A stretch of DNA of 64,000 nucleotides from Octopus vulgaris (taxonomy: Eukaryota): the NCBI GenBank assembly GCA_951406725.2, contig OX597815.1, positions 190,216,001 through 190,280,000 on the forward strand. The letters are read 5' to 3'. Under the pieces are notes generated by a model that saw nothing but the letters and a program-made list of their open reading frames with translations, ran no database searches and was not told where the DNA came from. Below, one piece after another: positions 25,124-38,335 of the stretch; the first letter of the stretch is position 1; each line of letters opens with the position of its first letter. Position numbers and translations under genes: made by a program.

Positions 25124-26569
25124 TATGTGAGACACAATTTGTTTCAGTTGTGAGTGTGTGTATGTGTGTGTATATGTGTATGTGTGTGTGTGTGCCTGCA
25201 TGCGTGCATGTGTGTGTGTGTACAAATACAGATGAAAATGCACTGAACTGTGGTGACATTTGTTGATATTTTCCTGTCATAAACTTATCTTCTATCTTTG
25301 CACTTTTGAGGATGAGCATGAAAAAAATCTTGCTATAACTTCAAAAACAATTAAAGGTTAGTGACAGGTAGAGCAGCATTCATCTATAAACATAGTATTT
25401 CAATAATTTGTATTGACCTAATCCATGCCAGTTTGGAAAAATAAGTATAAAACAAATGAACACAGATATAATGAACAAAATGAATATTGGCTCTACAGCA
25501 GGGGGTGGGGAAACTTTTTAATGTGGGGAGCAAAAATTGTGATCCGCCCACGGATCTTTTTCTTTGGAAATTTTTGCTCCCCACACTAAAAAGTTTATGA
25601 CAGGGAAATATCAAATGCTTGTGTAATATTTCCAATATTACACAAGCATTTTATAATGCTACTTTCTTTTCTGGAAACTTGCCGTGTTCTGGCAGCTGAT
25701 GGCTCATGGACCATCACTTTGAGTAGCACTGCTTTAAATCACACCCTATTGTTTTAAAACATGAAAAATACATTGAATGGTATAGTTTGAGACACAGTAC
25801 CAGAAAGAAAGAACAATCAGCATTTCTATCTGCAAATAAACCACAACTTCATGTCAATTACACACCAAGGTAACTAATCAAATGAAAAAAAAAGAAAAGA
25901 AATACAAAGAACAAAAAATATTTAAAAAAGGATGTAGTTGTGGTCTGAGAGACCTGGCACCTGCAAAAAGTTCTTGAATAAGGTTATAAACTCTGATGAA
26001 TAAATTACTCAGAGAAACCCTCTTCTGTATAAAAGGCAATAACTAAACCTGTATTTATATGTTTAATGCAGTTAATAGTAGAAAATATTATGAGACAAGG
26101 AAAGAGCAATATTATCATACTCTAAACATTTCTATTCTCCTACACCAACAGATGTACACTCTTGAATACCTACTCAGTGATACTTTCCTTATTACCTTGA
26201 CAAGTACTGTAAATGCATTGTTTTGTTGATGAGGCAATAATAAGACTGAAACAGGTCCAGAGTCAATGCAGGTCTACAAAGAGACAAAGCTAATCCCTGA
26301 TTAAGAGAAGTTTTTCTCTCCCTGTTCCTTCACTGTATAAATATTTCTGGTTTGGTTTATAAGGCTCTCTGCATTAAATGTGTTTGCGTTAACTTAACTA
26401 CAAATTATGAATATAATTGCAAAGATAGGCTTTAAGTCAAAATAGAAATAAGGAAGTGTGAAAATAGTTTTATAAGAATCATAAGATAAGATCCTGAATC
26501 CAAGGAAAATGGAGGTTGTTTGTTTCAGCAAAAGTTAGTCCATAAAAATTTGTAGATAAATAAAGAATT

Positions 26570-26737
26570 GGCCCTCGTGCTGGTGGTACGTAAAAGCACC
26601 CACTATACTGCTGGAGTGGTTGGAGTTAGGAAGGGCATCCAGCTGAAGAAACTCTGCCAGATCAGATTGGAGTCTGGTTCGCCAGATCTCAGTCAAATTG
26701 TCCAACCCATGCTAGCTAGGAGAGCGGACGTTAAATA

Positions 26738-26808
<71 letters not shown>

Positions 26809-26858
26809 TGATGATGTTGATGATGATAATGATGATGATGATGATGATGATGATGATT
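26570..26858 (+). mobile_element. Family 3 repeat with long (GAT)n tail
   Basis: gtaaaagcacccactatact..ggaagggcatcc..acccatgctagc. Confidence 0.85.
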
Positions 26859-27366
26859 GCAAACAGAGCCAAAATCAAACCCTGGGAGGCTTGGGACACA
26901 TCAAGTTTGGCTGGCTCCTGACATTAATTGTAAGGAAAAAATCATCTTTAACTTATCAAGAAAAGCAGGAGTAAAACAAAAATATGGTTTTAAAGATAGA
27001 GTATAATAGCCTACTGCTGGATATATCTTGCTTCATGCCCAAAAGATTCTGGTTATACTTTGGACTATACTTTGGACATGCTAACTTCATGCTAATCAAG
27101 TGCTGTGTAAGTTTTTTAACAGCAGAGTAGATTGAAGCCATATGAAGTAAAATCTCTTGCTTAAGGACACAATGTACCTCTCAGACCAAGGAACAAGTGA
27201 ATAACTTTATGATCAAGTGCCCAATTGTCTAAGCCCAAGGCCATGTGCTTTCTCGAGGAAATTGAAGCAAAGAACTGCAAAGTTTTAATTTATTGAAATT
27301 AATTAGATATAAAATACAAGAAATCCAGTTGAGAAAGGTGCTTGATCTTGGCTGTACAGTGACAAC

Positions 27367-27405
27367 TTTGAACATGTTTCGGTCTTATTTGATCTTTTCA
27401 GCAAA
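27367..27405 (-). ncRNA. Decayed minimal type I HHR
   Basis: tttg CTGAAAA gatc aaataa gacc GAAA catg T T caaa; G8>A and one stem II mismatch. Confidence 0.4.
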
Positions 27406-28999
27406 TTTCCCCAATATTTCATGATCAGAATGATCTATTAAGCTAATGACTCTTTTGCCTCCATATGGGTATAATTTAATTAAATGAAAATTCATGGTTC
27501 ATTATATCAAATATATTAGCACTGACTTTACCTTTCAAAGACATAACCTTGTTGAATTTCTTTCTTTGCTTCAGTAAATACCATCATGGGTTTCATTTAT
27601 TTTACACTCTTTCGCAGGTAATTTTAAAATCAATGGTTGTTAATTTTAATGAATTTACAAACAATATAACTAAAGTTTTAAATGCTTCCTTAATTTTTCA
27701 TTAATAAACATTATCTTATTTTGAAAACAAATTGGTTACATTTTTTCTTTTTCTTAATGAAGTCACAAATTTTGAATTGGAAATCTTTGTTCACTGATTT
27801 TGTTAGTTTCTTTTTAATTTAAAATTTTATTGATTTTTACTAAATATAAGTTAAGTATCAATGTTTGTCTTCTATCAGTTTAAAATTTTTCTGTTTTTCA
27901 CTTTACAAATCATTTTTCTATTACATGATTTTGCTTATATTTTAGTTTATTATCAATGCATCTTAGTGTACAAGTAATTAATCTTTATTTTTATTCAGTA
28001 TTTTGGAAGAAAAAAAAATTAAAAACTGTCTAATTAACTAAACAACTTAGATTTAAATGACAAATAAATACATCATCTCTTCAGAATTTTTAGATGACAA
28101 ATAATGCCTTATCTCATGACAGAAGCGTAAACAAACTAAAATTATTAATTAAATGTCATATATCTTACAGTTTTAGAATTGGAAAGAATTTTTGTAAATG
28201 GATTCAGTTACCTTTATCTTTAAAATTTCATAATCCACAGCAATTTATTTTTAAAAGTAAAATACTACATGCAAATTATCAGAAGACAACTAACCATGAT
28301 GAGTTCTTTTCATTTGTTAACTTAAATAAATATCAAAAGAGGTCTTACACTGCAAAAGTTTGAGTTTGGAAATCATTTGTAGATACAATAATACTCTGCG
28401 AGCATATGTGTGTGTGTATGTGTTTTAATACATATAAAATACACATAGTACTACACATTTAAATCCTGTATGTATTGATGTATATATATATATATACGTC
28501 CAAGGCTGACAGCAATTTGCTAGTTGGCAGATGGTGAATTCCATGTTTCCAACACAAATTGCCTCCAATGATGACACTTACTAAACATCTCTTATTTTGT
28601 GCAGCTGCTTGTCTATAGTTTTAGAGTCTTAAACTTTTTCACTCAACCTGTCATGGACATAACTGGTACTGGTCTAAGGTGGGTAACTCAGCCTCACCCA
28701 GTGCTTTGCCAGTAAAACTCCATTCATGAATGTTTTGTTTAGAAAATTAACTGACTGTGACATTTTCTTTCCTCCAGTGGTAGAGAGGTTATATGCCTCT
28801 GGCCAGTTAAGTCTGATTAGTCTCCTATATGACTAAGTGCTTTATAGATGCAAAACCAGTGGTCACTCTCTGACCAGCCATAACAAACAGCCATCTAAGT
28901 ATATATGTACATACATAGATATCTAGATATATATACATATATCTATGTATATGTACATATATATAATGTATACATATATGTATACATATATATATATTT

Positions 29000-29215
29000 T
29001 CAAAATGTGACCTCATGTGTACTGTTGGCGATTTTTTTTCCTCTGTCTTCCCTTCTCTGGATCTTTCCTTCTCCTATGTTTCCAACGAAGAGCTCCGCTC
29101 GAAACGTTAAACCCGCCTTCTTTCCTTCTTTCCTGAGCGTCCAATAATACTATATTTGTTCCACGTCCTCGTGTTGTGTTTTTTTTGTGCTTTCTTGTTT
29201 GGATTAACTTTATAT
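29000..29215 (+). mobile_element. (TA)n-flanked small element with HHR-like motif (29078-29112); related to the 33111 and 43850 elements
   Basis: gttt CCAACGA a gagc tcc gctc GAAA cg T T aaac; downstream cctgagcg..taatac shared with relatives. Confidence 0.6.
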
Positions 29216-29247
29216 ATATTTATATATATATGTATGTATGTATGTAA

Positions 29248-29590
29248 AAAGGGTAAAGACCCCCTTCGGTCAGGCACTGACCATGGGTTTGCACCTAGAG
29301 ATACCCTCTGAGGCACAAGTCTGGGCAAGGTTGTTTTTATGGAAGACCAGCAGTCGCCCATGCATACCGGCCTCCCCTCTCCACGTCACCGATGTTGTCC
29401 AAGGGAAAGGCAAGGGCCGATACAGCTTGGCACCTGTGACGTCGCAACTTGTTTCTGCAGCTGAGTGAACTGGAGCAACGTGAAATAAAGTGCCTTGCTC
29501 AAGAACACAACACGCAGCCCCGTCCGGGATTCTAGCTCACAACCTCACGATCGTAAGCTCGATGCTCTAACCACTGAGCCATGCGCCTTC
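29248..29590 (-). mobile_element. tRNA-derived SINE family 4
   Basis: Reverse complement of 44090-44432; head ggcgcatggctcagtggttagagc. Confidence 0.9.
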
Positions 29591-29623
29591 AGACAAACAT
29601 GTATGCGCCTATAGACAAACATG

Positions 29624-29658
<35 letters not shown>

Positions 29659-29669
29659 ATGTATGTATG

Positions 29670-29703
<34 letters not shown>

Positions 29704-29878
29704 TAAATACATAGACACACATATATATGTATATACATATATATACACACACACATATATACATACATATATATATATATATATAGATATATATATATAT
29801 GAGACTCTGTATCCATATGTGGTGTGTATGTGCTTATGTGTTTAACCCATGCTAGCATGGAAAATGGATGTTAAAAAA

Positions 29879-29912
<34 letters not shown>

Positions 29913-30467
29913 CAAATGCCATACAAATATTAATCTGAAAAAAAAAACTTATCAATAAACAAGATTATTTGAACATATCATTCTTTCAGAAGATAATCAA
30001 ACTGAAGTAGATTTATTTTACTTTTATTCATCCTTTTACTCCCTACCTAACCTCATTATATCTTTTCACCTTATATTTAATTCAATTTCTGTTACTAAAC
30101 TGCAACCATGCCCCCTTCCCTCAACTCTAAAATACTTTCATGACAGATATTTCCCCATAATCTACCATTTTTATAACAATAAACCAAATCCATTGGAATT
30201 ATATTTTTTATCTTTTCTTATTCCTTAGGGTGCTGAGCAAATAAATTAAAATTCTAAGTCTATAGACAAACAGCTGCACAAAAAGTTTTAGGATTATATA
30301 AAAGTTTTTATGTTGTGATTTTAGGAGGGAAGCTAAAATAATACCTGGTAAATATTAAATGTGTTGAAACATTAGTATTCCTTTCAACAAAATCATTAAA
30401 ATTATAGATAATTCGTGCTAGTATAGACAAAAACAGACATTAAATGAACATGAAGTGAAGGCACTGC

Positions 30468-30814
30468 GTGGCATCTTGGGCAAGTGTCTTCTGCTATAGC
30501 CCCGGGCCGACCAAAGCCTTGTGAGTGGATTTGGTAGACGGAAACTGAAAGAAGCCTGTCGTATATTTGTATTTATATATGTGTGTGTGTGTTTGTGTGT
30601 GTGTGTTTGTGTGTCTGTGTTTGTCCCCTAGCATTGCTTGATAATCGATGCTGGAGTGTTTACGTCCCCGTAACTTAGCGGTTCGGCAAAAGAAACTGAT
30701 AGAATAAGTACTGGGCTTACAAAGAATAAGTCCCGGGGTCGATTTGCTCGACTAAAGGTGGTGCTCCAGCATGGCCGCAGTCAAATGACTGAAACATGTA
30801 AAAGAGTAAAAGAG
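30468..30814 (+). mobile_element. 5'-truncated SINE family 1
   Basis: Homology to 7155-7510. Confidence 0.9.
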
Positions 30815-31069
30815 CATATGGCTTAATGGTTAGGCTGTTTCTCAACCGGGGTTCAACAAAAGTTTCTTAGGGGCTCCACAAGAAAGAGTGAGATAAGCTA
30901 ATGCTAATTTCATGATTGTAATATTACTGTACATGCACAACATATTATTGGTTATTCTAATATTGTAATATTGTAATATGTTAGCAAAAAGATATAACAA
31001 CCATTGTGGATATATTTAGTGTTGTATTAATTTTTTCTTAAACCAGTTATTTATATATCTTTTATTTTT

Positions 31070-31268
31070 TCACTTGTTTCAGTCATTTGACTGTGGCCAT
31101 GCTGGAGCACCGCCTTTAGTTGAGCAAATTGACCCTAGGATTTATTCTTTGTAAGCCTAGTACTTATTCTATCGGTCTCTTTTGCTGAACCGCTAAGTTA
31201 CGGGGACATAAACACACCTGCATCAGTTGTGAGGCGATGTTGTGGGGGGAACAAACACAGACGCACAA

Positions 31269-31319
<51 letters not shown>

Positions 31320-31485
31320 CATATATACAACAGGCTTCTTTCAGTTTTTGTCTACAAAATCCACTCACAAGGCTTTGGTCAGCCCAAGGCTATAGTAAAA
31401 GACACTTGGCCAAGGTGCCACGCACTGGGACTGAACCCGGAACCATGTGGTTCATAAGCAAGCTACTTACCACAAAGCCACTCCA
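31070..31485 (-). mobile_element. SINE family 1
   Basis: Reverse complement of 7089-7510. Confidence 0.92.
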
Positions 31486-31517
31486 ACATTATATACATAT
31501 CTATATATATACATATA

Positions 31518-32096
31518 TTCTTAAAATTAATATTGGGTAGGAAAAATTATAGAAATTTTTTTCTACCAGTGGCTTATAATGTATACAAATTCAGTAGACA
31601 TATTTTTCATATGAAACTTAGTGTACATTTAAACACTAAAGAGGTGAGCCTTAACAGGTCGCCTCACATACTAGAAGGAACAGTCAAAAAATTCCAAACC
31701 ACAGTTAAGAGCAATTTAGAAGGGAATAAAAAATAAAAACATTTACCATGTTTTAACGCCGGACCTTAGGTTTTGAACTTTAATCAGCGAATGAAATGAT
31801 TTGCAAGCCGAAGTTCTCATCAGCGGGTATGCCAAAATATTAACATATATATTAGAGACAAAATAACGTGTCTCGTCTCTATATATTATAATTTTTCAAA
31901 TCCACTGCGTAAGCACAGTTTCATTCAGCCGCAAATAAAAATTCCAATTAACTTCAGAAATTGCTAAAATCATTTCTTAAAATTAATATAGGGTAGGAAA
32001 GATTACATAATTTTTTTCTACCAGTGGCCTAGCATGTATACAAAGTCAATATATTTTTCATATAAAAATTAGTGTACATTTAAACACAAAAGATGT
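31518..32096 (-). mobile_element. Retrozyme/Penelope-like element: 456-bp unit plus ~125-bp partial repeat, with HHR at 31756-31828
   Basis: Direct repeats 31518-31646 / 31974-32096; minus strand ccg CTGATGA gaactt..aagttc aAAA cc taa gg TC cgg. Confidence 0.7.
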
Positions 32097-32430
32097 ACTT
32101 GCATAGCAAGTGACCTGATCTGAGATCGTGTGCTGGAATGAAAACATTTGCAGTGTGGAAGATGTTTATAAGCCATTTAAAAACTAAAAAAGACCATTAG
32201 ATTCACTTCAACATTTAAATTTAATTTGCCAAAATATTTTCGTCACTTTGAGACCGCGACCTGTTCACTGACAAAATTCTGTGATGCAGCATGGAATTTT
32301 GTCAGTGAACAGGTCGCGGTCTCAAAGCAACGAAAATATTTTGGCAAATTAAATATAAATGTTGAAGTGAATCTAACGGTTTTTGTGTGTTTTAAATGGC
32401 TTATAAACACCTTCCATGCTGCAATTGTTT
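32093..32430. mobile_element. Palindromic element, second copy, with G3:C8 HHR-like motifs at 32225-32275 (-) and 32298-32348 (+)
   Basis: ~135-bp inverted arms; both read tttgtca GTGAACA g gtcgc..(gtgac/gcaac) GAAA atat T T tggcaaa. Confidence 0.8.
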
Positions 32431-32443
32431 ATATATGTATGTA

Positions 32444-32474
<31 letters not shown>

Positions 32475-32526
32475 GTATCTATCTATCTATCTCTCTATCT
32501 ATCTATCTATCTATCTATCTATATAT

Positions 32527-32563
<37 letters not shown>

Positions 32564-33110
32564 ATTTACCACATGAACTATGATGGTAAAAATAGGAGTA
32601 AGATATGGTATATAATTTCTTTTGTGCAGGGAGTCCTTGAGACGTAATTTGTTTTAAGGGTTATGCAAGGGTAAAAAGGCTGAGAAACATTGGGTTAGGA
32701 TGCTCAGATTACAGTCATAAGGTCCTGAGTTCAATTCCCAGCAGCATACTATGCCTTTGAGCAAGACACTTTATTTCATGTTGCTCCAGTTCACCCAGCT
32801 AGCAAAAGTGAGCTGTACATGTAATTCAAAGGGTCAGCCTTGTCACATTCTGTGTCACACTGAATCTCCCCTGAGAACTATATTAAGAATATGCATGTCT
32901 GTGGAGTACTCAGTCACTTGCACGTTAATTCACTAGCAGGCTGTTCCATTGATTGGTTCAGTTGGAACACTAGTCATCATAACCGTGCCAGCATATATAT
33001 TCACAGAACTTTGGGTAAATGTCTTCTTTCTGTTCTAGACCTGAACTGAACAAAGATTTGTCAGTGAAACTTGGTAGACAGAAAGTGAAAAGCTGCGCAC
33101 CGTATGTATG

Positions 33111-33305
33111 CTATGATAGATCGTTAGCTCCTACATGCATTTTTTTCTCTCCTTGTTTTTTTCTGTGTATCTTTCTGTTGAAGAGCATAGGCTCGAAACA
33201 TAAAAGACTTGTTTCATTTCTATTCCTGAGCGCTATACTAATACATTTGTTTGTTTGTACTCCACCTGCCTTCGTCTTTTGTTTATTTTCGTAAACTTTC
33301 CCATT
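33111..33305 (+). mobile_element. Small element with variant HHR-like motif (33170-33207)
   Basis: tcttt CTGTTGA a gagc atag gctc GAAA ca T A aaaga. Confidence 0.6.
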
Positions 33306-33594
33306 ATATATATGTGCATGTACATGTGTATGTGTGTGTGTGCACGTGCATATGTGTATGGACATGTGTGAGTTTGTGTGTGCTGGTGTGTGTTTATGTA
33401 TATGTGTGTGTATATATGCATGTGTATTTATATATGCATGTGTGTGTATGTGCATGTGCATATGTGTATGGGCATGGTGTGTTTGTGTGTGTGTGTGTGC
33501 TGGTGTGTGTTTATGTGTATGTGTGTGTGTATATGCATGTGTATGTATATATGCATGTGTGTGTATGTGCATGTGGATATGTGTATGGGCATGA

Positions 33595-33625
<31 letters not shown>

Positions 33626-34000
33626 GCTGGTGTGTGTTTATGTGTATGTGTGTGTATATATGCATGTGTGTATAAATGCATGTGTATGTATGTGCATGTG
33701 TGCGAGAGTGAGTGTTTACATATACTTATATGTATGTGTATATATGCATGTGTGTGGGTATATACATGTGTGAGCATGTGCATGTATGTGATATATACTT
33801 ATATGTGTATGTGTATGTATGTGCATGTGTATTTGTATGAATGTGTGTGTGTTTGCATATGTGTGTGCTTATGTGTATGTGTATGTGTATATGCATGTGT
33901 GCATATATGCATGTGTGTGAGTATGTGTTTGTATATACTTATATGTGCATGTGTATGTGCTTGAAAGTGTGTGTGTGCATGCATGTGTGTGTGTGTGTGT
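33306..34000. repeat. Degenerate (TG/TA/TGCA) minisatellite-like tract with internal ~120-bp duplications
   Basis: Direct reading. Confidence 0.9.
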
Positions 34001-34734
34001 CTTCATTATGACATCATGTACTTAATTGTAAACAAACATTACTATCATATAAACAATATCATTTGCTTGCAATCTTCTGTGAAAAAAATGTCCAGGTCAG
34101 GAAAAAATTTTGCTTTGCTTGAAAAACTGGTGAAGGTTGGCTATCATCCAACTGTAGTTAATATGCTTCATTGAATTTTTTCTGACCCCTGCAAGAATGC
34201 AAAAATAGACATCAAAAGAATTATTGTAATATTGATGTGTTTATTCTTCTAAAATGTAACATATTGGGTCAGCCAAAAAGTTCATTCGCTTTTTGAGGGA
34301 AAATAAAAAGCAACTTTTAAACAAAAGCAATTTGAAAGATAAGGAAATATTTTTATTCTCAAACGCAAAATAATGATAATGATATAGCATCAACAGGATA
34401 AACTATTCATATTTTGCAGAAAAATGTGTCAGCAGCCAGCCAGGAGACTCACACTCACTTCCCTGTGATTACACGTCAAGTGCTTTACCATTAAGCTAAA
34501 CTGACCCAACTACAAATTCTTCTGCAAATTTAGGATATATAAATCTAGCTTTATTAGATGCTATCATATATTAAATTCAAATTACGATGAAAGTAAATAA
34601 ACAAAGTTTGCTTTAGAAGTGTTGAGATGTATTGAAAGGTACGGAAATAATATTATTCTCAAATGCAGGATAATGCTAATAATACAGCATGAACAGGATA
34701 AACAACCCATACATGTATGTATATATATGTATAT

Positions 34735-35080
34735 ATCATCATCATCGTTTAACATCCATTCTCCATGCTAGCATGGGTTGAACGGTTCGACCGTTGATCT
34801 GGGAAGCCAGAAGGCTGCACCAGGCTCCAGTCTGATCTGGCAGTGTTTCTACAGCTGGATGCCCTTCCTAATGCCAACCACTCCGTGAGTGTAGTGGGTG
34901 TTTTTTACGTGCCACCTGCACAGGTGCCAGGTGAGGCTGGCAACGGTCACGATCGGATCGGTGCATTTTACGTGCCACCGGCATGGAAGCCAGTCAAAGC
35001 GGCGCTGGCATTGGCCACAATTCAGATGGTGCTTTTTACGTGCCACCGGCACGGAAGCCAGTCAAGGTGGTGCTGGCATA
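34735..35080 (-). mobile_element. Family 3 repeat with three ~60-bp subunits
   Basis: Homology to 6321-6600. Confidence 0.85.
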
Positions 35081-35305
35081 TATATTAGAAATATTAAATT
35101 TCTAAATATCTCAGAGAGATATGAGCAGTGGTGGAACGATTGAGCGGTTGTATACTGTCAACCTAACGTGACAGTCCCGTAAAGGGAATTACACCACGGC
35201 TATTTAACCCTAGGAAGCATCGACGTTTCCTGTCAGCTTTGACACATTTCCTGTGTCCTTGTATTTACGAAGGGGAGACAAGCAGCCCCAACAGCTAGGC
35301 CTGCA

Positions 35306-35352
35306 TCTAGAGACATACATGTTTCTGAGTCTCTGCTCATCATCAGTCTAGA
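35306..35352 (-). ncRNA. Canonical type I hammerhead ribozyme (GUC site)
   Basis: tctaga CTGATGA tgag cagaga ctca GAAA cat gt atg T C tctaga: full core and three stems. Confidence 0.85.
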
Positions 35353-35393
35353 GTAGCAAGGCCTGCTAGCTGAAGATACTTGTCTAGACTTTG

Positions 35394-35427
<34 letters not shown>

Positions 35428-35429
<2 letters not shown>

Positions 35430-35833
35430 CACAGGAGTGGCCGTGTGGTAAGTAGCTTGTTTACCAGCCACATGGTTCCGGGTTCACTCCCACTGCATGG
35501 CACCTTGGGCAAGTGTCTTCTACTATAGCCTCAGGCCGACCAAAGCCTTGTGAGTGGATTTGGTAGACGGAAACTGAAAGAAGCCCGTCGTATATATGTA
35601 TATGTATATATGCGTGTGTGTGTTTGTGTGTCTGTGTTTGTCCCCCTAGCATTGCTTGACAACCGATGCTGGTGTGTTTATGTCCCCGTTACTTAGCGGT
35701 TCGGCAAAAGAGACCGATAGAATAAGTACTGGGCTTACAAAAGAATAAGTCCCGGGGTCGAGTTGCTCGATTAAAGGCGGTGCTCCAGCATGGTCGCAGT
35801 GAAATGACTGAAACAAGTAAAAGAGTAAAGAGT
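35428..35833 (+). mobile_element. SINE family 1, full length, in (TA)n
   Basis: Homology to 7089-7510. Confidence 0.93.
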
Positions 35834-36169
35834 GTATATATTTTTTCAGTGAAGTTTATTCACTGATCACCAAAATTAGAAATATAAAATTTCTAAATAT
35901 TTCAGAGAGTTCGTTGATCATTTGTGCCATAAATTTCAATTTAAACAAAATAATGTTGGTAGTCTTAAACTTATTTTGCTGACAATTTTTAATCATTTGA
36001 ATTAATTGCACATTAAAATCATATTGTAGAAAGATATATATCACCTGTATCATTTGAAAGAGAAAAAATTCTACATAGACTGTAAAAAGTAAAATAATTT
36101 TATACTGTTTTGTTAAAAATAAATTAATGAAAGAATAGGACTGTCTACATTGGTCTTAAACTTATTTTT

Positions 36170-37045
36170 GCCAGTGTATCTGGCAGATTTGTAAAGCCCC
36201 TCTTCCAGAATTCATCTACAGAATTCATATATTTTCGCCCAAATGATTTTGAAGACTGCAGAATAAATGGTAATCAGATGGGGCAATGTCCGTCGAATAT
36301 GATGGGTGAGACATCGTTTCCCATTCAAACTGCTCCAGCCTTTGGAATGTCATCCTCGTAGTATGTGGCTAAGAATTATTCTGATGGAAGAACACCTTTC
36401 GTCTTGAAACCAAAGTTGGTCATTTTGCTTCTAGCGTCGACTTAAGCCATTCAAGCTGCTCACAGTAGATCTCCTTTGTTATCATTTGGTTTGGGTTTAA
36501 AAGTTCAAAGTGGACTAAACCTTTCATATCCCACCAAACAGATAACAACCTCTTGTATGGGTGAAAACCTTCTTATTGTCTTAACTGCTTGACATTTTTA
36601 TAGAGAACCCATTTCTCATCACCAGTCACTATTTGGTCAAATGTGACAGCAAAGAAGGTCACACATTCCCTATCTGTGTAAGATTAGAATTGGAAAGTCT
36701 GTGAAGAACCCAATGACCCAAATTGTTGACTTTTCTGTTGGCAAGCAGGTGTCAATGAATGGTTGAATGACCAAATCCAAGCTTCTCTGCTAGTTCCTCA
36801 ACAGTTACGATGGGATTTCATTCCACCAGGCTTTGCAGGACATCCTCATCGAGCTCTACACATCTTCCAGGACAAGGCTCATCTTCCAAGCTGTAGTTCC
36901 TGGCTTGGATTTTCTGTAACCTCCATTGAAGCTGGGTTACACTTATTGTCCGATTCCCATATACTGCATTAATATTCTTCGCACTTTCCATAGCATTGTT
37001 GCCTTTATTGAACTCATAAAGCAAAATATGTCAAATATGCTCCTA
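36170..37045 (-). pseudogene. Degenerate mariner transposase
   Basis: LLYEFNKGNNAMESAKNINAVYG..SLEDEPCPGR..VTGDEKWVLY..HPSYSTDIAPSDYH, with frameshifts and stops. Confidence 0.88.
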
Positions 37046-37729
37046 AGACGCTAGCCCAAGGTGCCATGCAGTGGGAATGAACCTGTAACCATATGGTTAG
37101 TAAGCAAGCTACTTACCACACAGCCACACAGCTACTTACCACACATACATACACACATGCTAATTATCTATAATTTACCATTTTTCAGACTGAATGGAAA
37201 TTATTGCCAAGCAATCTATGATTCCTTTGTCTATTAAACTCTACTCTTGCTGTCTTAGGTATAAATTTAGGCCATACATTACCAAAGAAAAATAGTACAA
37301 TTGTTATCTATCGCACCAAACTGAAACTTTCTATATTAAAGACAGCATTACTGTTTCCATGCGTCACAGTCATGGCACTATAATATCTTCATATGTAAAT
37401 TTCTCTACAGCAGCTGTCATCATCAATATTGCCTAACCACATATCATATCTGGATATATGTCATTATATGGCATAAATATTTTTGTTTTCTGGAAATCAA
37501 TATAAAAACCTAAAGTAAATTATGTACAATTCAATGTCTGTGTATGTATCTATGTCTGTACGTGTGTGTGTGTGTGTGTGTGTGTGTATGACAGAGGTGA
37601 GAGAAGGAAATAGAGTAACAAGGGAAGTGCAAGGAGACTGGATTATTTGAATCAGTTTCCAGATGACTTTAAATTAGAAATGTGTAATGCATATAGATGT
37701 ATGTACACAAATATGTATGTGTGCACGAA

Positions 37730-38002
37730 TCTATGTATGTGTGTATGTATGTATGAATATAGTTATGGGCATATGTGTATATACATATATATATACATAC
37801 ATACACATATATATATATGTATATATATGTATATGTTTATATATATATGTGAATAAATAAATATATATATATATACATATATACATACATACATATATAT
37901 ATACATATATATATATATACATATATATATATACATACATATATATATATATACATACATATATACATACATACATATATACATACATATATATATATAT
38001 AC

Positions 38003-38037
<35 letters not shown>

Positions 38038-38335
38038 CATATATATATTCATATATCAGTGTACTTATATATATGTATATATACATATACACACATATAT
38101 ATATACACATACATGTAAGTATTTATGAATGTATGTGGATATATAGATACACATATATGTGTGTGTGTGTATGAATAGACATAGACAGAGAGATAGATAG
38201 AGGAACAGAGAGAAAGAGAGAGAAGACATGCATACATACCTATAAGCATATGCGCACAAATACATGTGTTGGTGAGTGTGTGAGTGTGTGCATGTGTATG
38301 TATGTATGTATGTATATATGTATGTATGTATGCAT
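37730..38335. repeat. (TA)n/(TACA)n compound microsatellite
   Basis: Direct reading. Confidence 0.95.

Larger units (their letters stand above)
30835..32692. mobile_element. hAT-like MITE swollen by nested insertions, inserted in a tRNA-SINE head (30815-30834 and 32693-~32990)
   Basis: TIRs tgtttctcaacc / ggctgagaaacattg; flanking ggttagg duplication; flanks rejoin into tggcttaatggttagg..gagttcaattccc. Confidence 0.6.
35086..35910 (-). mobile_element. ~360-bp retrozyme-like element plus partial repeat, split by a SINE family 1 insertion
   Basis: tagaaatat(t)aaa(a)tttctaaatat.tcagagag at 35086 and 35877; contains a canonical HHR. Confidence 0.7.
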
